Of a stretch of DNA of 64,000 nucleotides, positions 39,807 to 53,601 are shown in pieces. Every line of letters starts with the position of its first letter. The stretch's first letter is position 1. Position numbers and translations under genes: made by a program. The stretch is taken from the NCBI RefSeq assembly GCF_009914755.1, contig NC_060931.1. One strand, 5' to 3'. Source of the stretch: the human T2T-CHM13v2.0 reference genome, Homo sapiens. The notes beneath the pieces were generated by a model. It ran no database searches, was not told the DNA's origin, and worked only from the letters and a program-made list of their open reading frames with translations.

Positions 39807-42800
39807 TAGTTAGGCTTACTTGAAGTTTCTTCAGGCAGTCATCCTAATAAAAAAAGTCATGTATGAACTAACATTGCACTTTTCTTAACATTGTAGAACT
39901 ACCAGTAAGATGGAATTTGGTATAAGGCAGTTATAACTGGGATATAGATTAGTTTTAAAGTTAACTTAATGCTAGAATAGTAGCCGCATAGCTATGGTGA
40001 AATTGTACAGGAAAATGGTTGCTCAAATTATAAAGTAGAAACTGAAAAGTTAATAGTGTAACCACTCAGATAATTTACCATGACACTCAAAGGCATCATT
40101 AACTGGACTGAATAATGAACAAAGAATATGCCAAAGTTTGCTAGATGACTATTTAAATTTTCATGGTAAAATAACTTCAAAGGTAAAATGCCTATTATAA
40201 CTAAGATATGTATTGATAAAAGCAAGTAAAATGAAATATAATATGATTAATCAATGAATTTTTTAAATCTTCATACCTTAATTATTCATTCAACAAATAT
40301 TCATAGAATAACTCTTGTGTGTCAAGGTTCTATACTAGGTTCTGGGGATAGGTACAATTTATATTAATAACTTTTTTTTTCAGAGAAACAGTAGCATTTG
40401 TGAAAAAAATCTTAAAGCTTTCTACATGGGTAGAAAGACTAGTCTGAAATAAAGAGTGTAGTCATAAGATTGAGCACAGTTAGAAACAACGCAACAATCT
40501 ATCCCTTAAATGCCAAATCATGTTCCCAAAATAGAAACAGGACTAGATAGCCCCTCAGAACAATGAAGACTGACATTTAATACTTTTTGAGTTCCAGCCC
40601 TGTAGCAGCTTGGAAAGTTATATTAAAAATGGCTTTAGATGAACGAATAGTACAGCCAAGACATGGTATTACTGATCTCAGTCACGCACAATCATCGTCA
40701 GCCAAAATTTCTTTCCTTTTTCTGAATGAATGAAAATGAACAGAAGGAGGAGAAGGAGTAGATAGTGGAAGGAAACAATAGACTCTGAGAAAGTTTATGT
40801 CTGCCCTACAATAAAAAGTGAAATACTTTGCTCTAAATTAATTGTAAATGATTATATATATATATATAACATTTTTTGTATATGTGTATATGTGTATGTA
40901 TATTCAGATGAGTATGTTTATTTCTATAATAAAGACTTCCTAATGTGAGAGATATGATTTCAACTCCTAAAATTCTTATCAATCTTATTTTTAAAGCACT
41001 GAAAAATTACATTACTATTTTATTTTCAGATAAAGACTACAAACTAATGGTTTACTGACATGATTCTATCAGATTTACTTTTTCTTTCCAGACTTCTATG
41101 TATATACAAGACATAAGTAGAAAAGGTCCTGAACCAAACTAAATAGTAAGTCAGAAGGCTTTCCTGTAGGAAGACACAACTACGGTTTGTTTCACTGAAA
41201 GCCTTACTACTCAACAGTATATATTTTTTAAACCAGAATTCTTTGTTTATTAATAACAGCCTCTTTTCAAAAATATTTTTTTTCCTTCTATGTCAATTCT
41301 AATGCTTTGTTATGGTCAAGGGTCAGTCAAGCACGTGCTGAGCTGTGAAAATACTGAATAACATGTTTTTTTTTAATGTTGAAGATTTCTGTGTTGTTAT
41401 AAAGAAAACTAATCCCTTTGAAAGGTTGATTCTATGCCCCATCTCCTGTCACCCCAATACTCTGAAGAAGGGAATGGAAGTAGTTAAAAAGCACTGGAAG
41501 TTTTTTTTTTTTTTAATAGAAATTTGGTCCTTGTTGGGTGGAAAAACTTTCCACTGAAAGTCAAATATTTTCATAATGAAGGAATAAAAAGGTGATTATT
41601 TTACTGAAGGGGTGTTTTATTTGATGGTCAGGAAGACACCCTTGATATTTACTTTATTCTTGTAGCCACATCCACTGAAGTCAAGGTTCTTATTTAAAAG
41701 CTCATTACTACTACTGAAACCAAATAGAAATAATGAACAGAAAGCACAGCCCATCAGAAATTCCATGTTCTGTTCACAGAAAACACTCTTTTGTCACTAT
41801 TTCCCCATATGGAAAATGAAGTAAATACTTAATGGTAAAATCACATTTATAGTCTCAAATGCAGGTACTGGAATCCAGAGGAACTGATTACAGATCCACG
41901 TCCCTAAATGACAGTGCCTTGTAACTACTAGCTGATTATGTTGTGCTGATTTATTTACAATTAGAGGAATAATTTGACTCCCCAAAGAACACATTATCTA
42001 ATAAGTAATAGTAAATGACCACTGGAAAAATCTCCCCCTGCAACTGTCCCAGTCACTACCATAAAGTGTTGTCTTATAAATTCAGAAAGATTAATAAAAC
42101 ATGTCTTTCATAAAAAGACTTGCTATGTTTCATGTGGAAAACCCTGTATGCCTTGGGGAAAGGCTAGAGTTGTAGCTTGGGATTTGTCTAGGACAATGAT
42201 GCAAAGCTGAAACTTTAAATTAGAAATTCCTAACGTCTCAGACAAGTTAAAACATTCTCCTGACAACCACCACCCCTTAAAAAAATTTCTTAACAATACT
42301 ATCACCTGTCCCTGGCCCAGAGTGTCACAGAGAATGGGACATCTAACGTTTTCTGTCATTCTTTGCTCTAAATTCTAGCAGTAGAAATGAATGGGGAATC
42401 TATATCTTTTATTAGGGTGGGAGAATGTACCAATTTGTAAATAGTGTCCAAAAATCATGATTCACTCCAAATACACAAAAACTACATCATTTTAAGAGTA
42501 GGAAAGTTAAGTCTGGCATACTGAAAGGCTAAATAAATAACTTCAACAATCTGAGAGCATAGCTTAAATTTGTGTGTTGAATTCACTTATAAAGAAATAC
42601 ACTGATGTCTAAAGCCTATTTTTGGACTGAAAATATACTAATTGGTTTATACACCCAATTTGGACTAAAAATTTTATTATATATACATTAGTTTATATAT
42701 TTTAATATACATTAAAAGGCTGTGTTGAATACATTGCCTCCATGTATAATATGCAATACATGAAGTGTTATGAATATATTTATTATATGTATTATATATT

Positions 42801-43428
42801 GGTGTTACATTACCTAATGCTACATATATGTAAACAATTTAAAATTATAATTTTTTTCCTTATGCTAGTAATAACATAAATAAAATACAAATACATTTAA
42901 ACAAACTTTTATGGCTACTGAGAAAAATCTTACATGTTTTTTTGATAATCTTTTGCAGTAAGATGAAAATATCACTTTAGAAAAAGAAAAAAGTACCATT
43001 AAATTTCTATACTATTGTAATATTACACAGAGAAGTCTAATACACTTTAAAATTTTAATTCAATATTTGCTATATTGACAATGCAAATAAACATGGCATT
43101 AACTACTGTACTTCAGAAATTGCCGAAAATTTATCAATGAATTATGAGAGTAGGCTTAATTTGAATATTCTTTAAGATAGAAAACCAAAGCCTTATTTGT
43201 CTTATTTAAATTTTATCTTAGTCCATACCTCTATCTTTTCTAGAAGATACTATCATGGAAAATCACCAAGAGAATTTCACTACTCATTGAAAAGTAATTA
43301 AGATAAGTCTCTACAAGTACAACTGAAAACAATGTAAACTTTTCTGATATACAAATCCCATTTAAATTTTTTTTGTATATTAAATCAAAATTCTGTGGTG
43401 TAGGTGACAAATTGCTATCTTGACATGA

Positions 43429-43704
<276 letters not shown>

Positions 43705-43929
43705 TAAAAAACTTTTCATTCCTGAAGTTAAGGAGCCAAATCAACTTGTTATAAGCTGATTTTATAAAGCAATTAGAAAAGCTAAACTTTGGATTCTCGA
43801 GGTTGACTAATTCAATAATTCAACTACGTTTTGTAATAGTTAAAAATTAGATGAAACAAAAAATTTGAAGTATGTCTAATACCATATGTGGTATGTAGTA
43901 AACAGTAAATATTAGTTTCAATAGAAAAA

Positions 43930-44106
43930 TGGGTCTTAAATCTGGCTGCACATTAGAATAAAGGGAGCTTTTAAAAAATACTCACATCTTTTAAAAAACA
44001 CTGAAACCTGGGACTCATCCTCACAAATTGACTGCCTGATCTTAAATGAGAGAAGTATCTTTCTCCAAAAAATTCTGATGCATAACTGGAGAATTAAGAA
44101 CCATTG
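43930..44106. mobile_element. MER5-like hAT MITE
   Basis: ctggctgcacattagaat...gggagcttttaaaaaatact...ttctgatgca...ttaagaaccattg. Confidence 0.65.
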
Positions 44107-44251
44107 ACCTTGCAATGTTAGAAATCTACTTTTAATGTAAATATGTACTAACTATCTTCCAGAGCATATACAGTTAATTAAGCAATATAGTGCATAATAT
44201 TTATTTTTTTCCCAACTTTTGATTTAATGTTTCCTTAAGAAATGCAGTATG

Positions 44252-44565
44252 GGCCGGGCGCGGTGGCTCAGGGCTATAATCCCAGTACTCTGGGAGGCCG
44301 AGGCAGGCAGATCACTAGGTCAGGAGATCAAGACCATCCTGGCCAACAAGGTGAAACCTCATCTCTACTAATAATACAAAAGTTAGCTGGGCATAGTAGT
44401 GTGTGCCTGTAATCCCAGCTACTCGGGAGACTGAGTCAGGAGAATCGCTTGAACCAGGGAGTCAGAGGTAGCAGTGAGCCGAGATCGCGCCACTGCACTC
44501 CAGCCTGGTGACAGAGCAAGACTCCATCTAAAACAAACAAACAAACAAACAAACAAACAAACAAA
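44252..44565 (+). mobile_element. AluSc-like element with (AAAC)8 tail
   Basis: ggccgggcgcggtggctca start and cagcctggtgacagag. Confidence 0.95.
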
Positions 44566-44683
44566 GCCAATATGGCAGAAAACTAAATAAAAGAGTCTAG
44601 GGAAATTCAATAGTTCTAGCAAAAAAGATGGGATGGAATTCATAAATACAGTCACTAAAAGAAATATATAGAAGAAATAAATA

Positions 44684-44822
44684 TTTTTAAGTGTTTCCAT
44701 TAAGCAGTTTTTACTAAGTTTATGTCTAATGTTTGCTGTGGAATCTATTGCTTCCCCAGGCTGTGAGAAAAAGACAAGTTCTGGGATGTTGATGTGCTAT
44801 CCACAATGTGTTAGAGGAAAGT
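44684..44822 (+). repeat. Diverged direct repeat A, copy 1
   Basis: Shares tgtttgctgtgg and atgttgatgtgctatcca with 45802-45928. Confidence 0.85.
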
Positions 44823-45801
44823 AAATTGTTTAGTAAACATTAAAGTACATTTCCCAAATAATTTTGGTTGCTCTTTTGTTGTCACAATCATGTTCATAAA
44901 ACTATTTGTATCAGACATAGTGACATTTTTTCCAGTTTATAGACAGATTTAAAAGTGATACATAATTAGTTCCTTCAAAATATTCTATTAAATATAGATT
45001 AAAAATTTGAAAATTATTTCCCCTACAATATCCTTTCTTAAAAGTATATGTAAAAATATATTTAGAAGATATCATAGACCTCTCTTTCTAAGATTTATGA
45101 AAATAGGTATTCGTGCATGAGTCTTAATGCATTATTTGGAAAATACTTCTTTTGTCATGAAAATCTTTTTCCTCCTTAGCTCCACATTCTTTCCATGAAA
45201 AACAAACAAACAAATAAACAAAGTACATCAGATATATAAACTTCTGCAGTTGATAAATTTCAGTCAGGAGAGCCAAATCCTCTGTGTCAATTGGATACTC
45301 TTAGTTGCTTATATTCAAGGCCCTCTATGCGGGCATAAAAATGCATGAGGTGACTAGTCAATTAGTCTTTCCTCTCAGGAGGTCTGGTTTTGGCCAAGCA
45401 TACAATAAAAGGACTCTATTAACTTAATTCTATCTGCAATTTGTGTACATGACCCAAATCACCTCAGAGTAAATTATGATTAGTTGTTCCAATTCATGAA
45501 AGAACTAGGACTAGAGTCACACTTGAGGTCCACAGGGGGATGGTGAAACTATGAAGGAATTGTGTGCAGCACCTGCCCATACCATGCCCTGCTTAATCAA
45601 CTGCCTCTCCATGGGGCACTGGAAAGAAGGCTGGAAGATCACCAAGAGCTGTTTATACAACTGGAACCATTCCATCTCAACTCCAGTGAAGCAAACAACA
45701 GTGAAAGGGTCCTCTATTCCAATCACCCAATGAAAACAATATGAAGTGGACATCTTGGGAAGTAAATCACCAGGAACATTAAGACATCAGGGAGTGAACG
45801 T

Positions 45802-45928
45802 TTTTTAAGTAGTTCAATTAATCAATTTTTACTGTTTATCTCTAGTGTTTGCTGTGGGATCCATTGCTTTCCTAGCCTATGTTAGCCAAAATGTTGATGT
45901 GCTATCCATAAGAAAGTGAGAGAAAATC
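45802..45928 (+). repeat. Diverged direct repeat A, copy 2
   Basis: See copy 1. Confidence 0.85.
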
Positions 45929-48900
45929 GTATGTAGGTTACAACACAGTAAAATCTTCTTTTTCTTATTACATGCTTCATTGAGTAGGCTCTTCTTTACC
46001 TGTTTTCATAGCCTTCTAAAGTTCTGTGTGTCTAAAGTTTCCAAACACACAAATTATGTAATCAATATTTCCTATATAAAAATAGCTTATATAACATCTG
46101 AAATGGATATATTTTCTAAATAAAAAATCAGTTAAAATGAGGATTTTGGACTGTTTTTCAATTCTACTTCTAACTTAATTTTCCATGATATTTGTGTCAT
46201 TTGGATCTTTATAATTCTTATTATAAGCATATTCTTTGTTAATAATGTTATTTTTTAACTGGACTGGGAATAATGAAAGGATTTTATGTTTGTCTACTTG
46301 GGAAAACTGCACCTTGACAAACAGAAAACAAAGGCAAAATTGTACTGTACTAAATATTAAGCTTTATATCCAACATACTATTTCAAAAATGGAAAAATAG
46401 TTAAAAGTTAGCTATTTCCAAGTAGATTATATATGCCAAGGATGAAGAAAGCAGTTGGAAACTCTGCAGCTCTGAAATGTTGTTGTGATTAGCAGGAAAA
46501 CACAACAAAGTGCTCACATCAGTGTTCCTTAATCAGTGACTCAGAACAAACACGTTGGCCATCAGATTAACAGACTTTTCCACAGGCAGATCCAGTAAAT
46601 ACAGAAGACTGAAACGATCCAAAGATAAACTATAAAACTAAAAATTGCTGTATGTGGCCTCCAGTTATTTTATTCTCTATGCTCGCTAGACTATTTACCA
46701 GGATTTTTTTTCTTATTAAGGGAAGAGTAAGCAATACATCTCTGAAACATGTGTCAGTAGTTTAAAAATGTGCAAAGCAAGGCAAAGGTGTGATTCCACT
46801 TCCACAGCGAAAAAGCATGCATTTCAAACTTATGAAAAAAATTTCAGCCATGTATGAAACTTGTCACCCAGACATTGATTCGTTCCTTCTTATTCCTCAT
46901 ATATGCATGCATAACATCATCAAGATTTTTTAATGATAGACGTATACCTTATGATTGTTTTCATAATGTATTCTGCAAAACATGTTTTTTACTCTCATAT
47001 GATTCCTCAAGCAACAGTACAAATAGGGATACTAGGAAATCTTAACATAACACAGATTGCTGCCAAATTGTCAGCTGTTGCTGGATGAATGGTGAGACTG
47101 AGACACATTTTTACCGCCTCGGGCTAACCGTTTTAGATGACACATCTGTATACAGTTGTCCAGTTAATACTAGTATAAGTCTTCACTGTTGTCATAAATA
47201 ATATAACTAAGAAAACTAGAGGTGCAGTGATGCCTTTCCTCTGGAATGTAATGTGAGGATTATAACCAGGATAGTTACCCTGTTGATCAGTCACAACCCT
47301 AAGCTCGTCCCTGGGGACTGCTGAAAGCATTTCCAATTCTTCATGTCTTAAGTATGTAATCATATCCTAGAGACTTCAGTTACATACTGATAACAATTGC
47401 TTCTTTTCTAGAAGGCAAACCACACCAACCATAGAAGAGGAGAATTAAAACTTCTATCCATAAATTTCACATGCAAACACATGACAATGATTGTATTGAA
47501 GGTTGTCATCTGCTGTCATTGTCAGTAGTCTCATCAAGGGACAACTGCTAGTCTTGCACTCCAGAGGCCTTTTAACTTTTAAATTTGTGATTTCACACTT
47601 GAGACAAATCTGCTGTCATTTAAAAAGACAAATGCAAATTCTAAAGAATTAATTTCCCTGTAAATACAAATGAAGAGGTGTCCTTAGCCTCATTATTTTG
47701 TAGACTTTTAAAGAGGATCTCCTACGATTACTGGAAAATTGCAAGTAAACGTGATGGTAGAATACATAAAAATTCCAATTTTTTTGAAATATAAGTTAAA
47801 TGAGAAACAAATAGTCTTATAAATTATATTTTCTAGTACCTTTGCAAATGCCACTGTATGACATTTTCATTCATGTACATTTCTTATAAAATAAAATTGA
47901 AAGCCTAGCCCTCATAGAAAATTGGAGTGAAAACTTCCAGTCTATTATCAGAAAAAATAATTAGTTAAGGAGTTTAGGTAATTGTGATTTGATTCTGGAT
48001 GATTTCTATAATTGTATCAAGTTATTTTTTTTAACTCAAAATGTATGTTGAACTAGTTTCTATAAAACATCAGCTGTTCTTGGTAAAATAATTCATAATA
48101 AAGACAAATTACCATATTTTTCAGTGACGTGCCCGTAACTCTGCAAACTAATTTAAAATGTATTTAATACTGGTAGGAACCAAACAAAATAGCATAATTT
48201 ATGAGTTTCTGATTTTTATATTAAAAAGTTTATTTAATTTATTGTATCATTATTGTTATATGTGAACATGACTTTTAGAGATTTTAGGCTCATTTTTAAA
48301 CTTAGGAATAAAGAAGGCTATATAATAGCCATATTTTGAAAATGCAGAGATTAGGAATTCTAATCTCATCCCTTCTTTGAAAAAGTCTATTTTTTAGTCT
48401 TTACCTCAGTTTTTACATCAGTACTATATATAAGGCATTAATAATTTAACTTGGTATTTTTTAGCATATTCACTTACCTGATTTACAGACATTTTAAATA
48501 CAGAATTTCTTTATAATAACCTACTCATTCTTTATGAACGAATAACCAATGTAAAATAAAAACAGATCCATTAGGAACAATTCTTATTTGAACTATCATG
48601 CTACATAAATCCAGTAATAAACAGCCCTTAGAAAGGCTAAGTAGGGACTGAAACTCTACTTCCAGATGGGCAGACATTTATTTCTGTTGATTCCTCACTT
48701 TTTCCGGGCAGTTCCTTTTACCTATCACTCCTCTTATCAATGTCACCGGACCTACTTCTTGATTTTTTACTTTGCTCTAAGCCTGGTGGAAGAGGAGTAC
48801 TTTTGTAGCCAATATGGAAATAGCATCCTCAAGTACACGTCACTGTCTTTGTATTAAGTGTATCCTCAGCCCCTAGCCTCTCCCTCACTGTCCATCCTCC

Positions 48901-51808
48901 AGCTTTTCTCAGCTTTTCATATCCAGATCTCTAACTACTGCCCCTTTGGGGGAAATGTCCATGTTAACTGCAGTTGGTTTTCCACATATGTGCAGATGAA
49001 AGTCCTTTAGCATTTTGTGTACAAGACAAACAGCACCAATGTGTAACCTTCTATTTTCTTTTATTCCTAGAAGGCTTACAGGAAAATAAAGTTGGGAAGG
49101 CAGGAGGGCAGGCAAAGTTTTACGTTTATTTCTTTACTTTTAGTTGTTATTTACTCTGAGAGAACAAATTCTTTTTTGTTTGCTTCAAACATCAAAGTGC
49201 AAGAGAGTAAGCAAAAGTGTGTTTGAATTCTTTGTTAGAGCAGGGAAGTACATATTTTTTTTTTTTTTTTTTTTTTTTGCACGTGGGTGATGAGCTATAG
49301 AGAAAGGGGATTCCTGTGGTTCATAAAAAGGAATAAAAGAGTCATTAGCATTCTGGTAAGCACTGCTGTCTCCCGGGTACATGAGATAAAGGGAAGATAG
49401 GCATTAAAATACAAGAATGAATCAGCTACCTCCGTTTCTTCCCCATCTGTGTGTCCCACATCAACCTGTTATGTGACTACTGAAGCTTTCTATTCTTCAA
49501 ATACCCAAAGGTCATTCTTTTTCCTGAGCATTGGCTACCAGCACCTCAATACGTCTCCTAGGCTTGCCTGGCTGGAGCTCCCATGCAAAGGATTTGAGGA
49601 CCTTGATTAGTGGTTTTTAGTGGGGCTCTTCTATGTTCTGTTGCTCAGAAATGGAGGTGGTGGGAATGAGTTCCAGGTTCAGTCATAATCAGTGGTTCAT
49701 GTGTTCTCATTTTCCAAATAGGTATTCAGTTTCTGATAGGAAAAGTGGTAGAAAAGAAGGTCAATGAATGGAATTTGCTTACAACAGCAGGCAGGATATG
49801 TACTAAGTTAAATAGCTTATTTCAGGCTGAACGTCTAGACCATTCACTACCTGTAAGTTCGTTTTATGACAGCTTAAAATTTCTGATATAAAGACCTTTA
49901 AAACCTAAATATCTTGTTCATTCATGCTTCATTTACCTAGAAAATACACAGTTTTTCCATGTACTTTATTCGTCATCTGACATAAAATTTTCCAAGTGGT
50001 AGAAAAAATACATTTTAATTAATTCACTCATTAATGTGTTTCATAAACATTGAATATCTTCTGGATTAGGCACTCTTTAACTTTATTTAAATAGATAAAG
50101 GACTTCCATGAAACTGCAAATATTTAATATATCAGTTATATATATTGGTACTTTTTAGCATACATTTCTTTTCACCTTTATAGGCTCTCAAAGAAGATGA
50201 CATTCTCCACAAAAGGTAATAGTTGGAGTTAGAAATAGACATCTTGATATTTTTCCTTTTTTCACCTGGCCTTTCAGAGCTGAAAGGTCATTGAAAAGGA
50301 GGAAGTACTTTTAAGTGTATCCTGTGTCTTGTGATCTAAGGTTATTTAAATAAGAAAGCACAAGAAATGGAGAAGTTGCCTCCAAGAACAAGGATGTTTT
50401 TCTTTCATATTGCATTACACAGAGACAGGTTTTCTGGGGCCTGAAAACTGCACAGCTGTGTGCATTTGTGTTTAAGATTAGGTTTATTGTGTTTAGCTTG
50501 CCTCTTCTTTTACGGTTACTCTTCCTCAGCTGTCCATCTTTCCATCTCACTTTCACGTTTCAACTCTCAAAAAAATGTGGAAGATAATGAAATGTCTGGA
50601 ATTTCTTTGGTGTATGGATTCAAAGTAATAGTGAAATAGCCGTGCTCTACTGGACACTGTCATTCATGAAATTGTGTAAAATCTGAAAATAAGCATTCGA
50701 TTAACTGCTCAGACCATTAAAAAAAAACATTTTAAGGAAAGTCTAGGAATTAAGAACATAGGAAGGATTAAAATTTGAATTGTTTAATGAGGTGAATTTC
50801 TGACAAAAAAAACTTACAACTTTGAATACAGACTATTTCTTATAAGAAATAAACTTTTCCCCTTTCTTCCCCCCATCTCCCGATCTCAAGTTTTCTGAAA
50901 TCAACTCAAATGACAAAATAACACAATCCTCACATTGCTATCTTTTGTTTACTTTTTCTTATCTGATTAATAATTAAATTTTATTTGTCTCATTTTTATT
51001 AATAATACATATTTACACAAATGTGCATATTAAATACGTGTATTTAGTATCTTATGAATTTTGAAGAAAAAAAACCAGAACATCTTTGGATGTTCTGTGT
51101 TGGGTGATTTTAGCTTCCTTTTTGGTTTTCCCCCACAAAAAAGGAAAGGGAAAATTCTACTTAGTCTCTTGTTTTTACAGACACTGAAAATCTACTTGCT
51201 TTCTCATTCTTAAAGAAATTACATTTTCTGTCAAGCAAGGATGTCCTATTATCAAATAATGTAACTCATGCAAGATTTGAAAACTAATATGTGATATTTC
51301 CCAGAAATATTTTGGTTTTTATCAGACACATTTACTAATAGATTTCCAAGCTTTAAAAAGTTAAGGTTAATAGTTATTTCTGGAAGATCAAGGAACTCCC
51401 TGTTGGATCCATGCTCTTGGATCACAGTATGAAACAGTTTATTTTTGCTTTTACGACCAGACTTTGGGGTTCTTTTTAACTTGATTTGTTCATCTCAAAG
51501 TCTGAAAAACCAAGATGTATGAAAACTGTAGTATGAAAATTATAAAGCTGTATAAACTCTTCTTATTGTGTATTTCATTAATATTCCTATCATCTTAAAT
51601 ACTATTATTTTGTATTTTGCAAATGTGGTACTCTTAGTTTTCACTATTCTGTAACAACCAAAGTAGTTCAGAAAAAAAAATAGCTAAATGTTCAGAATTA
51701 ATAAAACTGCCACTGTATACCAAGCATAAAAAATTGTTGCTTTTATGAAGTTCAAAGAAGTTATGGCTACTTGAAGTCTCCTAAATATTGATTTGTGAAT
51801 TTTGTGTG

Positions 51809-52218
51809 TGTTATGGAGTAAATTGTGTTCCCGCTTCTAAAAATTTCATTTTGAAGTGCTAACTTCCCCCAAACATGACTGAATTTGGAGACAGGATCTT
51901 TACAAAGGTGATTAAGTTAAAATGAGATCATTAGGGTTTGCCTGAGTTCAGCTGGATGGGTGCCCTTGTGAGAAGAGGAAATTTGGACAAAGATTTGTAT
52001 AGAGAGAAGGCATGTGAAGACACAGGGAGAAGATGGCCATCTCCAAACCAAATATAGAGGCCTGTAATCAATTCTTCCTGTGGCCTTCAGAAGGAACCAA
52101 TTCTACCTATACCTTATCTTAGACTTTTAGTCTCCAGAATGGTGAGAGAATAAATACTTGTGGTTTAATTTATCTAATCTGTGGTACTTTGTTATGGCAG
52201 TCCTAGCAAACTAATATG
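51809..52218 (+). mobile_element. MLT1B-like MaLR solo LTR
   Basis: tgttatggagtaaattgtgttccc start, gtgaagacacagggagaagatggccatc, and end tttgttatggcagtcctagcaaactaata. Confidence 0.9.
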
Positions 52219-52357
52219 GTATGAAAATTATCAATTTCTTATGAGAAAATAAAACACATAATTTGAAAATAAATTAAAATTAGTAATATGCATAACTATA
52301 TATATTTAATTGCTATATTATCCAATTAATGTTAACTCAGTATGAATGTAGTACTGA

Positions 52358-52420
52358 TATTCAAGCATATATGGTAGTAAAATAATAAGGTAGCCTATTC
52401 AAGCATATATGGTAGTAAAA
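52358..52420 (+). repeat. Perfect 25-bp direct repeat with a 13-bp spacer
   Basis: TATTCAAGCATATATGGTAGTAAAA at 52358-52382 and 52396-52420. Confidence 0.95.
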
Positions 52421-53601
52421 CAATAGAGTAAATAATCACTAACAGAGCTTGATTAATCTGTGTTTTTGAGCCTGGTTTACTATAGTACCTTTTCATTACA
52501 GCAACTATAACTTTTATTTATTATAACCCATTAACATATCTTTAAAATTTCATTTTTTTGGAAAAGTATTTAGCTAGAAGTTTTTAAAAGGAATATTTCC
52601 AATAAAATATTTTAGTCTAACTATAAAATTAAGAAATGCAAATTCCTTCTCTAATTTTAATTTTATGTATTAACATGGAACAGAAATGGATTTAGTCCTA
52701 TCATTTTATAAATAAGTAGTTTTTCTTTGTACTTAGACATTCTTTTTAAATCAATGCAATGCCGGTGTGAAAGGTGAATTTACAAAGCATTTTAATCATT
52801 GATGTGTGACTAACTCTATGGATTGCTTGGGTTGCTAAGGTGGCATTAACAATAATTGCAGGAACTACTCACTGCCTTAATGATATTGCTAACTTTGACA
52901 GGGACATATGCCTTTTCACAAATGAAAAACAAGACTTGAGTACAAGACATTTAACAAAGCAGTTAATGATTAATTGCTAAACAAATCATATACAATAAAT
53001 GCTAGTTAGAAGGAGTGAATACTGGGGATATAGTGGTTTTGAAAGATACTTCATAGCATTGCTGCTGCTGTTTTTAATCAACTTTACATTAAATACTAAT
53101 ATTCAGAGGTAGTTACAAAGCCATTTTTTTGTCAAAATGAAAGTTTGAGAAAATTTTGAATTAAAAAAAGGAAGTTGATTTTGAGGTTAAGCTGCCAATT
53201 GTTAGTTTCAATTTTGATGAAATGCATCAATGCCTCTAATTTTTCATCAAAACATAACTTACTTTTTTTTTTTCACTAGAACAGAACTCATGTGTGTTAA
53301 GGCAGAGTATTTGACATGTCCTTTCACTTGGTTTCCCTCTTGAATGGTACTGTAAGGCTTACATAGGCAGTTCATTAACACATGAGTGAAATCATCTGTT
53401 TGTGTGTTCATTCTTTGGCTTGCTGCAAACTCAAAATTTTGGGTGTTTTAATCTGTGCTGTGCTAACTGTAGCAATTGCTACAACAACATGAATAACACA
53501 TTAAAACAAATTTTCGTAAGTTATCATGAGAGATTTTTAAAGACAAGTTTGTTGAACAGCCAATGGCACTCTGAAATTAGAAATTCAGGCAGATGGGGAC
53601 T

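Noticed and set aside
45551-45733. RT-like motif in LINCLSMGHWKEGWK
   Set aside because: Too short and weak, with no further RT motifs.
48471-48480. Perfect minus-strand splice donor CAG/GTAAGT
   Set aside because: No convincing partner acceptor or reading frame.
48316-51097. Small hairpins (GGCTAT/ATAGCC at 48316, GAGATTAG/CTAATCTC at 48347, CAGAACATC/GATGTTCTG at 51076)
   Set aside because: Stems of 6-9 bp are expected by chance in 64 kb of AT-rich DNA. The AGAACA/TGTTCT spacing of 8 does not fit a steroid-receptor element.
52358-52420. CRISPR-like repeat-spacer-repeat
   Set aside because: Only two units, a 13-bp spacer, eukaryotic context and no cas genes.
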